Shown here piece by piece: positions 29,640-39,266 of a stretch of 64,000 nucleotides of DNA. Under the pieces are notes generated by a model. The model searched no databases. It was not told where the DNA came from and worked only from the letters and a program-made list of their open reading frames with translations. The stretch's first letter is position 1, and every line of letters starts with the position of its first letter. Made by a program: the position numbers and the translations under genes. The DNA is from Armatimonadota bacterium (GTDB lineage: Bacteria > Armatimonadota > SYMT01), in NCBI GenBank assembly GCA_041690135.1, contig JAWLHY010000009.1:96001-160000 (forward strand), in the 5' to 3' direction.

Positions 29640-30452
29640 GTGTCACGGACCTGGAAGCCCGTAGAGGGGAGCACCGACGAGATCCTGGCCACCGAGGAAC
29701 GGCCTTTCGCGGCCCTGGCGGAAGGCAGCGTGCCGGCGGTGATCGTGCGCGGTGCGTTCCCACGGGGAGCCTGTGTCGAAGTGGTACGCCGGCTCTACGA
29801 AGAAGCGGGAGTCGAGGAGCGGCACGGGCAGGCCTACGATGCGGTGGGGACGAGCCTGGTGAACCGCGGCGCCGACCCCGACGCCTTCTTCGCCCACGCG
29901 CGGGAGACGCACGCGCTGTTCGGGCGCCTCTTCCAGGGGACCGAGGATCCGGTAGCCTGTCTCTATTCGCAACTGGCCGCCCTGGCCCCGGACCGCAGCG
30001 TGAAAGTGGCCCGCGAGCCGGACGGCCGCCTGTATGGCTCCGCCATTTTTCGTCTCTACCCGGCGGGGAAGGGGCACGGACCGCACTTCGACTCGCTGCG
30101 TCTCCGCGAGGGCTGGGCTCACTACGCCGCCGGGCAGTTCCGGCACCAGTTCGCGGGCGTGCTTTGCCTGCAAGAAGCGGAAGATAGCTCCGGCACGGGT
30201 GAAAGCCACATCCACCGGCAGTTCTGGTCGCCCGAGCTCCAGCCGGTCCTCGACCGGGGCGAGTTCCCCGCCTGGGCGGCGGACCGGGGCGTGGAGAGCG
30301 CAACGGTCCACCTGCGCGCCGGCGATTTCTACGTCTTCAATCCTCTCCACATCCACGAGGTGCCGACCATCTGCGGGGAGCGCCCGCGGGTGGTGCTGGC
30401 GACCTTCCTGGGCTACTCCCCGGACGACCCGGAAGTCTTCGTCTGGTCCTGA
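29640..30452 (+). CDS. 2-oxoglutarate/Fe(II)-dependent oxygenase superfamily protein
   Basis: HFD (HxD)...GDFYVFN..HIHEV...R. Confidence 0.75.
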   Translation: MSRTWKPVEGSTDEILATEERPFAALAEGSVPAVIVRGAFPRGACVEVVRRLYEEAGVEERHGQAYDAVGTSLVNRGADPDAFFAHARETHALFGRLFQGTEDPVACLYSQLAALAPDRSVKVAREPDGRLYGSAIFRLYPAGKGHGPHFDSLRLREGWAHYAAGQFRHQFAGVLCLQEAEDSSGTGESHIHRQFWSPELQPVLDRGEFPAWAADRGVESATVHLRAGDFYVFNPLHIHEVPTICGERPRVVLATFLGYSPDDPEVFVWS

Positions 30453-31540
30453 TCCGCCGGACGGTGATCCAGGTGCCGGTCCAGGAAAGTGTACGCCTGG
30501 GCACGGGCCTCGTTGGGGAAGTCGTGGTCACTCTCCGGGTAGATCGCCTTCAGATTATCCGGCTTACCGTGGAGCGTGAAGATCGGCTGGGCGGCGGCGA
30601 TGCAGTCGCGCACCCCGGATACCTCGAAGTTGGCGTCGCGGACCGGGCTGCTGGTAAAGAAGGCCCGGGGCGCCAGTGCGGCCACGATCTCGGGGAAATC
30701 GAACGGCATCCGGTCCGGGTCCTTCCCATACACGGTGTCGATGCGCGGCATGTAGCGTTGGCTCGTCCAGCCCTTCAGGTTGCCCTCGTAGTACTTATGG
30801 AAGCGGGTAAACCCGCAACTCGACACCACGGCCTGGATGCGGGGCTCGAAGACCGCCGTGAACATCGCGTTGTGCCCGCCGAGCGAGTGGCCGATCGTGC
30901 CGATCCGTTTACCGTCCACTTCGGGGAGCGACTGCAGCAGGTCGACCGATCGGATGTTGTCCCAGATCGCCCGCATGGTGCCGCTCTGCCAGCCGTCCGC
31001 CGGGTCGAAGTCGCACGGGTACTCCCCGAAGGTGGGGTAATCCGGCGCCAGCGTTACGTAACCTCGCTGCGCCAGTTCCAGTGCGTATTGCCGGTTGGGC
31101 CTTCCGCCCAGCGCCGCGACGATCCCCTTGCCGAGCTCTCCCGTGGGGTGCAGGCAGAGCATGGCCGGCGCTTTCTTTCCGGACTTCAGAGGCGGGATGA
31201 AGAGGTATGCGGCCACGCGCTGCCGGGGAGAGGTGCGGTAGGAGATCTTGCGCCGGACCAGTTCGCCAACTCGCGCTTCCTCCTCCACCTTTACCTCCAG
31301 CGGAACGCGGAACTCCTTACCGGGAAGGGGCCCCATCACCTGTTGCATCCCCGCCAGTACGTGCTTCCGTCGCTTCTGCCAGTCGGCCGGGGTTCGCACG
31401 GGCTTCCGGTTCCCGCTGCGGTGCAGATAATAGGCAAGGTCCTGATGGTCCTTGTAGGCGGGCGCCATGGTTTTCGTTTCCGAGCTGGCCCCGAGTGGAG
31501 CTAGCGCGGACAGTGCGACGAGCAAACAGACGAAACGCAT
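30413..31540 (-). CDS. Exported alpha/beta hydrolase (dienelactone hydrolase-like)
   Basis: Signal peptide, CLHPTG, GHSLGG nucleophile elbow, APR, HDFP. Confidence 0.88.
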   Translation of the reverse strand: MRFVCLLVALSALAPLGASSETKTMAPAYKDHQDLAYYLHRSGNRKPVRTPADWQKRRKHVLAGMQQVMGPLPGKEFRVPLEVKVEEEARVGELVRRKISYRTSPRQRVAAYLFIPPLKSGKKAPAMLCLHPTGELGKGIVAALGGRPNRQYALELAQRGYVTLAPDYPTFGEYPCDFDPADGWQSGTMRAIWDNIRSVDLLQSLPEVDGKRIGTIGHSLGGHNAMFTAVFEPRIQAVVSSCGFTRFHKYYEGNLKGWTSQRYMPRIDTVYGKDPDRMPFDFPEIVAALAPRAFFTSSPVRDANFEVSGVRDCIAAAQPIFTLHGKPDNLKAIYPESDHDFPNEARAQAYTFLDRHLDHRPADQDQTKTSGSSGE

Positions 31541-31632
31541 GGGTCACCTTCCGTTCTCGGTCTTTTCCGGCAGGGATGCGAAGGCACATCCCGGATAAGT
31601 TCGGGTCTCCCGGCGAGAATTCCCCCTGGAGT

Positions 31633-31914
31633 TCAACCTCCCGAGAGCGCCTGGAAAATGTAGACCTCCGACTCCGGCCGGAGCGGATCCGCGAGCCGTT
31701 CCCGGTCTCGCACGAGGTCGTTGCCCACGAAGATATTCACATGCTTGCGCAGCGCCCCGTGGTCGTCCAGAAGATAGCCAGCCAGCCCCGGGTATCGGCG
31801 GTCGAGGGCGGCGACGACCTCCGCCACCGACTCTCCGTCGATCTCCAGTTCATCCGCCTCGGCCAGGGCGGGGAAGTAGCGGTGCAGGTGTCGAGTGAAC
31901 TGAACGCGCGGCAT
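31633..31914 (-). CDS. MoaD/ThiS family ubiquitin-like protein
   Basis: 93 aa, HVNIFV, C-terminal ALSGG. Confidence 0.9.
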   Translation of the reverse strand: MPRVQFTRHLHRYFPALAEADELEIDGESVAEVVAALDRRYPGLAGYLLDDHGALRKHVNIFVGNDLVRDRERLADPLRPESEVYIFQALSGG

Positions 31915-32057
31915 CGCGGGAGAATCCTCCGGCGGGTCGTTCGGGAACTCTGCCTGCTGCTCCTCCGGCCAGTCCGATTTCGTGAGAGATTTGGCGGGGC
32001 AATCTCGTAAGCACTACCGAAATCGTTTGGCTCGCCGACTCCGCATCGACGCATCCC

Positions 32058-34043
32058 GTGCATCATCTCCTGGCAATTCTCACGCTGGTCCTCTCCCTGG
32101 CTGCTTGCGCCGGTTATGGGTCGGTCTGGGTCCACTTTCTTAGCCCTCGTAAGCGGCGGGACCCTCTGCGCCCCGGTTACGCCCTGGCGCTGGGGATGGG
32201 CACGCTCGCTTATCTCATCCTCGGGGTGGGCCTGGCAGGCTTCCTCAACCCCGCCGTCTTGGGCCTGCTGGTTGGCGTGGGGATACTGCTGCTGGGCAGG
32301 GAGCTCTGGCAATGCCGACGTGCCGCGACAGGCTCCCTCCCGGAGCCGCAGGAGGGAGTTGCGGGCGGCGCGACGGCCCCACGGTCGCGCTCGTGGCGGG
32401 TCTCGTCGGCCGGCTCGTCCGGAAGTGGGCGTGATCCCGAGCACCTGGTCGCGCTCGCCCTCTGGGCCGTTAACGGGTTGCTGGCTCTGGCTACGCTGAT
32501 CTCCGCCTTGCATCCCCTGGATGGGCTCGATTGGGATAGCCTCAGCTACCACCTGGCCGCCCCGAAGATTTACCTGCGCGAAGGCCGGATCGGCTTCATT
32601 GCCTACGACTCGCATACCCACTTCCCGTTTACGATGGAGATGCTCTACATGCTGGGCCTCCAGTTCGGCGGGGTGGGCGGCGCCAAGTTGTTCCACTGGG
32701 CCGCGGGCTGGCTCACGGCGCTGGCAGTCGGAATCTGGAGTTCGCGACTCACGGTGCAGGGGCGGCCGGCACCGGGCTGGACCGGGCCGTTGGCGGCCGC
32801 GCTCTTCGCCGCGATGCCGATCGTTTTGTGGGAAATGGGGACGGCCTACGTCGACCTGGGCACCGCCCTGTTCCAGTTGCTGGCCCTGGCGGCCCTCGTC
32901 AATGCCGTAACGCGGGAAGAGGGGATCACCCTTCGCGATGCCGTGCTGGTCGGAGTCCTTTCCGGGTTCGCGCTCGGCACCAAGATGACGGCGCTGCTCC
33001 AGTTCGGCCTGCTGGGGCTGGGGCTGCTGGTCTGGGCGCTCCGGCAGCCGGGAGGGAATAGGGCGAACCGCCGGGCGGCGATCCAGGCGGTGTTCCTCTT
33101 TGGCCTGGTCGGGTTGGCGGTCGGATCCCCCTGGTACATCAAGAGCTGGCTCTGGACCCACAACCCGGTCTATCCGTTCTTCTACAGCTTCTTTTCCAAC
33201 TCGTACAGTTGGACCCGGGAGGCGGAAATCGCCTACGCCACGGAGCAGGCTTCCTTCGGACGGGGGCGCGGTCCCGAGGCGCTGTTGCTGGCGCTCTGGA
33301 ACCTGGGGATGCACGCCCGGGACTTTTACATCAACTACCGCTCGCTGGCCGGGGACCAGATCGGCACGCTGGGGCCCGTGTGGGCGGGGCTGGTGCCGCT
33401 CCTCTTCTGGACCCGCGGGGTGGACCGGCGCGCGTGGCTTTGCTTGCTTTACTTCGGCGGATCCCTGGGGTTCTGGTTTCTGCTCAGCCACCAGTCGCGC
33501 TACCTGGTTCCCATCTTCGCGCCGCTGGCCGTCGTGGTGGCGGTGGGGGTGGCGGCACTCGTCTCCCGCCCGCTGCGGATCGCGGCAGGCGTGTTCGTGG
33601 CGCTTTCCCTGGTGATGAGCGTGAAGTTGCACGCACCGCTGGCGCAGACTTCCGCGCTGGTGGTTTCGGGGGCCGTCAGTGAGGACGAATACCTGCGCGT
33701 CAGCCTGCCGGGCCTCTACGAAGCCAGCCTCTACGTGAACCAGCTCCCCTCGGATTCTCGCGTGGCACTGTACCAGGAAACCCGCGGGTTCTATATCGAC
33801 CGTAACTACTTCTGGGCGAACCCGCTGCAGCACAACCTGATTCCTTACGACCGTCTCCGCAGCGGGGCCGAGTTGGTGGACTGGCTGCAGCGGTTCGGCA
33901 ACACCCACGTGCTGATCAACTATGGGTTCAGCAAGGGCACCGAGGCCTCGCAGTGGTACCGGCTCCTGATGGACGCCATTGAGTCCCGTCGCCTCGTGGA
34001 GAGTTTCCGCTCTCGGGGTGTGGTCGTATACGAAATTCGATGA
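32058..34043 (+). CDS. GT-C fold (ArnT/PMT-like) integral membrane glycosyltransferase
   Basis: Many TM helices, WDSLSYHLAAPK, YVD, GTK, PWY...NPVYPF, SRYLVP. Confidence 0.8.
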   Translation: MHHLLAILTLVLSLAACAGYGSVWVHFLSPRKRRDPLRPGYALALGMGTLAYLILGVGLAGFLNPAVLGLLVGVGILLLGRELWQCRRAATGSLPEPQEGVAGGATAPRSRSWRVSSAGSSGSGRDPEHLVALALWAVNGLLALATLISALHPLDGLDWDSLSYHLAAPKIYLREGRIGFIAYDSHTHFPFTMEMLYMLGLQFGGVGGAKLFHWAAGWLTALAVGIWSSRLTVQGRPAPGWTGPLAAALFAAMPIVLWEMGTAYVDLGTALFQLLALAALVNAVTREEGITLRDAVLVGVLSGFALGTKMTALLQFGLLGLGLLVWALRQPGGNRANRRAAIQAVFLFGLVGLAVGSPWYIKSWLWTHNPVYPFFYSFFSNSYSWTREAEIAYATEQASFGRGRGPEALLLALWNLGMHARDFYINYRSLAGDQIGTLGPVWAGLVPLLFWTRGVDRRAWLCLLYFGGSLGFWFLLSHQSRYLVPIFAPLAVVVAVGVAALVSRPLRIAAGVFVALSLVMSVKLHAPLAQTSALVVSGAVSEDEYLRVSLPGLYEASLYVNQLPSDSRVALYQETRGFYIDRNYFWANPLQHNLIPYDRLRSGAELVDWLQRFGNTHVLINYGFSKGTEASQWYRLLMDAIESRRLVESFRSRGVVVYEIR

Positions 34044-35635
34044 ACCGTGCCATCCTGTTGATCCTGGCCCTCTCGGCCCTGCTGGCGTTCGGCTACGCCC
34101 GCTCCACCCCGATTGGTGCGGCGCCCGATGAGGGGCCGCACCTCCAGTTCGTGCGCGTGGTCGCCGAGGAGCGCCGGCTACCCGTCCTGAACACCACGCA
34201 GCGCCGCGCCTCCTTTGCGGATCTCGACTACGAGTCCCACCAGGCGCCCCTCTACTACGTGCTGGCGGCGCCCTTCTACCAGGTGGGGAAGGCGGTGGCG
34301 GGCGAAGCCGGAGCCGGCCAGGGTGCGCGGCTCCTTTCTGTGCTGATGGGGCTGGCAGGCACGGCGCTGGTGTGGCTGCTGGCGCGAGAGTTGTTCCCGG
34401 CTCGTCCCGCCCTCTGGGCCGTGGCGGCCGCCCTGGCTGCCTTCCTGCCGATGCGCCTCCACGTGATGGCCTCCGTCAGCAACGACACCGCCGCCGAGGC
34501 CACCGCCTCGCTGGCGCTGCTGTTCATGGTCCGTAGCCTCACCCGGAGTTGGGGAATCCGGGAAGCTGCGTTCCTGGGCCTATCCCTGGGGGTAGCGCTC
34601 CTGGCCAAGCAGAGCAACCTCATGCTCTTTCCCCCGGCCCTGGTGGCCATCTTCCTGGCCTCTCGCCAGGTGCCGGAAGCCAGGGGCCAGGGTACGGAAG
34701 GAGAACAATTGACAATTGACAATTATCAATTATCAATTGTCAATTCCGGAAAGACCCCCAAGGACAAGAGGCAAAAGGCAGAAGGCAGAAGGCAGAAGGC
34801 CGTCTCACCCTCCCCCCCTCGCCCCTCCACCCAGCCCCCCGACCCCTTCCTAGGCCAATTCCTCCGCACGGGCCTTGTGGTCGCCGGGGTGGTGTTGTTG
34901 CTCGCCGGCTGGTGGTTCGTACGGAATCAGCAGCTTTATGGCGACCCGATGGCGAAGAAAGCGTTCGACTGGTATTTCGCGGATACTCCTACCTTCGAGG
35001 CCTTCAAGTCGATCGGGTACACGTTCGAGATGTTCCTGAAGCGGTTGGTCTTCCCGACCACATTCGCCACCTTCTGGGGTGCTTTCGGATACCTTGTACC
35101 GGACAAGCCGTACCTCTTCATGGGGGCGTATGGTCCCGGAGAGCCCAGTCGCGCCTGGGGCTACCCCCCGAAGTCGTGGGTGTACCCCATCCTGTTCTAC
35201 CTCACGCTCTTTGTGCTGCTGGGGCTGGTGGTCGGGTACCTCGCCCGCAGGTTCTCCCGGCCGGATCTGGCGGCAAGTGCTTCTCCGGAAGCGGCCCCGG
35301 ACGGCCGTATGGCCGGACTGGGTTTGCTCGGGTTGCACGCCCTCTTCGTTTTTTCCGCGTTCCTCAACTTCAACGCGACGTACTTCCAGGCCCAGGGTCG
35401 TTACCTCTTCCCTGCCCTGGGCTTCCTCGCGGTGGTCTTCGCCGGCGGCTGGCTGGCGTGGCCGTGGGCCGCTGCCGGCCTGTTCTCACAGAAGACGACC
35501 ACGGGTGCTAAGAAGAACATGGGGAATGTGGAGGCCGTGGCCGGTTGGTTGATGGGGGCCGCCCTGCTGCTTCTGGCTACCTACGCGCTGTTTGGGGTTG
35601 TCCATCCGGCCTTCAACGCTCCCCCTGTCTCGTGA
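34040..35635 (+). CDS. GT-C fold membrane glycosyltransferase (DUF2142-like)
   Basis: PDEGPH, HQAPLYY, VSND, WWFVRN..LYGD, QGRYLFP; ATGA overlap with upstream gene. Confidence 0.8.
   Translation: MNRAILLILALSALLAFGYARSTPIGAAPDEGPHLQFVRVVAEERRLPVLNTTQRRASFADLDYESHQAPLYYVLAAPFYQVGKAVAGEAGAGQGARLLSVLMGLAGTALVWLLARELFPARPALWAVAAALAAFLPMRLHVMASVSNDTAAEATASLALLFMVRSLTRSWGIREAAFLGLSLGVALLAKQSNLMLFPPALVAIFLASRQVPEARGQGTEGEQLTIDNYQLSIVNSGKTPKDKRQKAEGRRQKAVSPSPPRPSTQPPDPFLGQFLRTGLVVAGVVLLLAGWWFVRNQQLYGDPMAKKAFDWYFADTPTFEAFKSIGYTFEMFLKRLVFPTTFATFWGAFGYLVPDKPYLFMGAYGPGEPSRAWGYPPKSWVYPILFYLTLFVLLGLVVGYLARRFSRPDLAASASPEAAPDGRMAGLGLLGLHALFVFSAFLNFNATYFQAQGRYLFPALGFLAVVFAGGWLAWPWAAAGLFSQKTTTGAKKNMGNVEAVAGWLMGAALLLLATYALFGVVHPAFNAPPVS
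34676..34848. repeat. Composite 7/8-mer tandem repeat block inside a CDS
   Basis: CAATTGA/CAATTAT palindromic array 34706-34745, GGCAGAA array, C-rich octamers. Confidence 0.85.
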
Positions 35636-35744
35636 GCGGCGTGTATTCCTGAAACGAGCAGCCGGCCGTGGTACCCAATGAACCCTCAACTACCGGCAAC
35701 CAACACTCAATGGAGAGGAGTTGCGGGCCGGGAGGAGTCCCGTA

Positions 35745-36503
35745 ATGATTAGCGTGAACGCGGTTCAGGCGGGGACGACTGTCCCAGAAACGATAGAATC
35801 AGCGGAAAGCCCCAAGCGGCTTTCCCTTTCCGTAATCATCCCCGCCTATAACGAACGGGAGACGATCCAGGCCGCGTTGGCACGGGTGCGGGCGCTGGAA
35901 GGAGAACTGGGACAACCGCCGGAGATCGTCGTCGTGGATGACTGTTCTCGCGACGGCACCCGGGAGATCCTGGAAGCGGAGCCGGGCATTGTTCTGGTTA
36001 AGCATGCCGCCAATCAGGGCAAGGGAATGGCGATCCGGACCGGATTGCAGCACGTCACCGGGGATGTGGTCGCCATTCAGGACGCGGACCTGGAGTATGA
36101 TCCTCGGGATCTGTTGCGCCTGATGGAGCCCATTGCCCGAGGGGAGGCGCGCGTGGTTTATGGCTCGCGGTTTCTCCGGGGCCGGCCGGCCATGCAGTTG
36201 CCGAATTATATTTGTAACCGCCTGCTAGCGTGGACCGCAAACCTCCTCTATGGCGCGCGCTTGACGGACGAGGCTACCTGCTATAAGGTGTTCGACGCGG
36301 CACTGATCCGCTCGCTGCCCCTGGAGTGCCGCCGCTTCGAGTTTTGCCCTGAGGTCACCGCGCGTGTGCGGAAGGCGGGAGAGCGGATCGTCGAACTGCC
36401 GATCACCTACACCCCCCGGTCCTACGACAGCGGCAAGAAAATTCGCTGGTGGGATGGAGTGAGCGCCCTGTGGACCCTGCTGAAGTATCGATTCCGAGCG
36501 TGA
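35745..36503 (+). CDS. GT2 polyprenol-phosphate glycosyltransferase (DPM1-like)
   Basis: IIPAYNE, VDDCSRDGT, GKG, QDADLEYDP, YGSRF, GKKIRWWDG. Confidence 0.92.
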   Translation: MISVNAVQAGTTVPETIESAESPKRLSLSVIIPAYNERETIQAALARVRALEGELGQPPEIVVVDDCSRDGTREILEAEPGIVLVKHAANQGKGMAIRTGLQHVTGDVVAIQDADLEYDPRDLLRLMEPIARGEARVVYGSRFLRGRPAMQLPNYICNRLLAWTANLLYGARLTDEATCYKVFDAALIRSLPLECRRFEFCPEVTARVRKAGERIVELPITYTPRSYDSGKKIRWWDGVSALWTLLKYRFRA

Positions 36504-37336
36504 CCCCGCGGAGGGTTTTGGAAATCTCGTGTCTCCTCCTACTCTCCGTGGCGGCGGTCGGCTGCGGCGGCGGGAAGCGGGAGGGAGGCGCCCAGCCGGA
36601 CCTGGCGCGAGAAATCCGCCGCCAGGTGAAGGGTGACGAGAAGAATAAGCCGGGCGAGAAACCGGTAGTTCCTCCTACCTTTAAAGTCTCGGCCACCGGA
36701 AACAAATTCACGATCGACGACCGCCAGGGCCGTCGCCTGATCGAGGCCCAGGTGGAAAAGGTGGACGGCACCTTTCAGCCCGGAAAAGGACAGCAGGGCG
36801 TGGTGAAGTTCGCCCAGGCAAAGTGCCGTCTCTTTCAACAGGGGAAGCCGCAAATGGACATGCAGGCGCCCTTCGCCACCTGGGATGGCGAGCGGCTGGT
36901 GGCCGACCGTACCGCGCATGCCGTAACTTCCGATGGCCAGACCGTGGTGGACGCGCAGCACGCCGTGTGGACCTCCGATACCGGCGCCTTGGACCTCCGC
37001 CAGGCGAAGGTGCAGGGGTTGAAACAGGGAAAGCTCGACTTTACGGCGGAAGGGCGCGTGGCGCGCGTGTTAGGACCGACGGTGACCGTGCCGTCCGGCG
37101 GGAAGGCATGGAACCCCCTGGGCCAGCAAGTGGAAGCCGATCGCATCGTGTGGCAACGGGAAACGGGCAAGCTGGACGCGAATGGCCACGTGGTGCTCAC
37201 GGATGGAGAGACCGTGATCACCGGTCGCCGCCTGCTGGCCGACACGCGCTTGAAGCGCGGCCGGATCACCGGCGGTGCGAAGGTTGTAACGAAGAAGCCG
37301 GCGCGGCAACGCGCGGTGGCGAGGAACTCCCAATGA
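36500..37336 (+). CDS. lptC: LptC-like lipoprotein
   Basis: Lipobox AVGC, beta-jellyroll-like repeats, position before lptA-lptB; GTGA overlap. Confidence 0.6.
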   Translation: MTPRRVLEISCLLLLSVAAVGCGGGKREGGAQPDLAREIRRQVKGDEKNKPGEKPVVPPTFKVSATGNKFTIDDRQGRRLIEAQVEKVDGTFQPGKGQQGVVKFAQAKCRLFQQGKPQMDMQAPFATWDGERLVADRTAHAVTSDGQTVVDAQHAVWTSDTGALDLRQAKVQGLKQGKLDFTAEGRVARVLGPTVTVPSGGKAWNPLGQQVEADRIVWQRETGKLDANGHVVLTDGETVITGRRLLADTRLKRGRITGGAKVVTKKPARQRAVARNSQ

Positions 37337-38331
37337 TCAACAGCAGACTTCTTACTACCGTCGCCCTCGGACTGGCGTTCAGCACGAGCGCGATCTGGAG
37401 CGCGCAGTCGCAGGCCCAGCAGACTCCGCAGGTGAAGCAGCAGGTGGGAGAACTGGAGATCCTGGCGGACGAGATCGAGTTCGACGCGGACAAGAACCAG
37501 TACATCCTCGCCGGCAACGTCGATTTGAAATCGAAGGACACACACCTCACCTCGGAGAAGATGACGGTCCAGCTTACCCCAAAGAAGGAACTGGTATCGG
37601 CGCTCTGCGAGGGCAAGGTCTTCATCGATAAGAAGAACCCCGAAGAGGGGACCACGGTCACCGCGCGCAGCCAGACGGCCACCTACCACGAGGTGCAGCA
37701 GCATGCTGATCTCAAGGGTGCCGTCCGGGTCGAGCAAAGCTCCCCGCGCCTGGCAAAGCCGGCCGTCATTATCGGTGATAAGGTCGATCTCGATCTCAAA
37801 GCGGGGCGCAATGTCGTGCTGCGCGGCCCCGGGGCCCAGGCCAAGGTCCACATCGAGCCGAAGGGCGAAGCCGGTAAACCGGTCCCGGAGCCGGTAGACC
37901 TCACCGCCGACCGGATCGAGATGAACAGCAACACCCAGCAGTACGTGGCGACCGGTAAGCCCGCGATGATCCGCCCCTCGTCCCAACTGCGTGCGAAGAT
38001 CATCCGTTTCGAGTTGGATGATAAGGGCACCGAGGTGAAGATTGCTCGCGCCGAAGAGGACGTGGTGATCGACAACAAGAGCGAGAACGGCAGCCTCCTG
38101 CACGCCACCGGTAACCTGGCCACGTATCGCAAACCGGAAAACCTGGTCACGCTGGATGGCGCCGTAGCCGCCACGGTTACCCGTCCCGGGGATGAGCAGC
38201 CTTCCACCTATGCGGGCGATCACTTCGAGTACAACCTGAAGTCCGGCGGGCACAAGCTCTCCCGAGCCAAGGTAACCCTCCGCCAGGAAAAGAAGGAAGA
38301 GAAAAAGCCCGACGCCAAGGACGGCGACTAG
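37333..38331 (+). CDS. lptA: LptA/OstA family periplasmic protein (duplicated domain)
   Basis: Signal peptide; repeated ADEIEFD...GNV / ADRIEMN...ATG OstA patterns. Confidence 0.75.
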   Translation: MINSRLLTTVALGLAFSTSAIWSAQSQAQQTPQVKQQVGELEILADEIEFDADKNQYILAGNVDLKSKDTHLTSEKMTVQLTPKKELVSALCEGKVFIDKKNPEEGTTVTARSQTATYHEVQQHADLKGAVRVEQSSPRLAKPAVIIGDKVDLDLKAGRNVVLRGPGAQAKVHIEPKGEAGKPVPEPVDLTADRIEMNSNTQQYVATGKPAMIRPSSQLRAKIIRFELDDKGTEVKIARAEEDVVIDNKSENGSLLHATGNLATYRKPENLVTLDGAVAATVTRPGDEQPSTYAGDHFEYNLKSGGHKLSRAKVTLRQEKKEEKKPDAKDGD

Positions 38332-38428
38332 AAGTGAGTGGTTCTGACCAGCCGCCCCTGTGCTCGCACGGCCTCGCCGATGGTGGCCGCGAGCCTGGGT
38401 TACGGACTCTTCAGTCACACCTCCGGAA

Positions 38429-38480
38429 AAAGTCCGCGCAGGCGGACTTTGGTCGGTTAGCCGCGGGTTTCAACCCGAGG
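38429..38480. repeat. REP-like double palindrome
   Basis: AAAGTCCGC-GCAG-GCGGACTTT followed by CGGGTTTCAACCCG. Confidence 0.65.
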
Positions 38481-38488
38481 ACCTGTTT

Positions 38489-39244
38489 TTGAGCACCACC
38501 ATCCGCGCGGAAAACCTGGTCAAGAGCTTTCGCCGCCGCCGCGTCGTGGACGGGATCTCCATCCACGTCAGCCAGGGGGAGGTGGTTGGGCTCCTTGGCA
38601 AAAACGGCGCCGGGAAGACGACCACCTTCTACATGGTGGTGGGCCTGCTGCGGCCCGACAGCGGCAAGATCTATCTGGATGACCGCGACTTGAGTCGCGC
38701 TCCCATGTACAAGCGTGCCCTGGCCGGGGTCGGCTATCTTCCGCAGGAAGCTTCGGTGTTCCGCAAGCTCACGGTGGAGGAGAACCTTCAGTTGGTGCTC
38801 CAGATGCAGCCGCAGACGGTGCGGCAGCGCCTGAGCCCGCTGGCGACGCGAAAGGCGCACCGGCAGCGCATCGATATGCTGCTGGAAGAGTTCAACCTCA
38901 CCCGGCTGCGCCGGCAGCGGGGCGCGTGGCTCTCCGGCGGCGAGCGGCGCCGCGTGGAAATTGCGCGAGCGCTCGTGACCGAGCCGCGGTTCATCCTGCT
39001 GGACGAGCCGTTCACCGGGATCGATCCGATTGAGGTGGACTCGATCCAGCGAATGGTCGAAGATTTGAAGCAGCGAAACATCGGCGTGCTGATCACCGAT
39101 CATAACGTACGGGAGACGCTGGCGATCACCGATCGCAGCTATATCGTGCGGGACGGCCAGATCATTTCGTCCGGCACCTCCGATGAGATCGCCGCCGACC
39201 CCATTGCCCGCAAGTTCTACCTGGGCGAAGATTTCCGGTTCTGA
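38489..39244 (+). CDS. lptB: LPS export ABC transporter ATPase
   Basis: [61 protein letters not shown]. Confidence 0.97.
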   Translation: MSTTIRAENLVKSFRRRRVVDGISIHVSQGEVVGLLGKNGAGKTTTFYMVVGLLRPDSGKIYLDDRDLSRAPMYKRALAGVGYLPQEASVFRKLTVEENLQLVLQMQPQTVRQRLSPLATRKAHRQRIDMLLEEFNLTRLRRQRGAWLSGGERRRVEIARALVTEPRFILLDEPFTGIDPIEVDSIQRMVEDLKQRNIGVLITDHNVRETLAITDRSYIVRDGQIISSGTSDEIAADPIARKFYLGEDFRF

Positions 39245-39266
39245 CCTGCCGGGTCTCGAGAGGCTG

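Noticed and set aside
31633-31914. Ubiquitin-like system linking MoaD with the JAB-like gene at 23186
   Set aside because: About 8 kb apart with unrelated genes between and no E1/E2 gene
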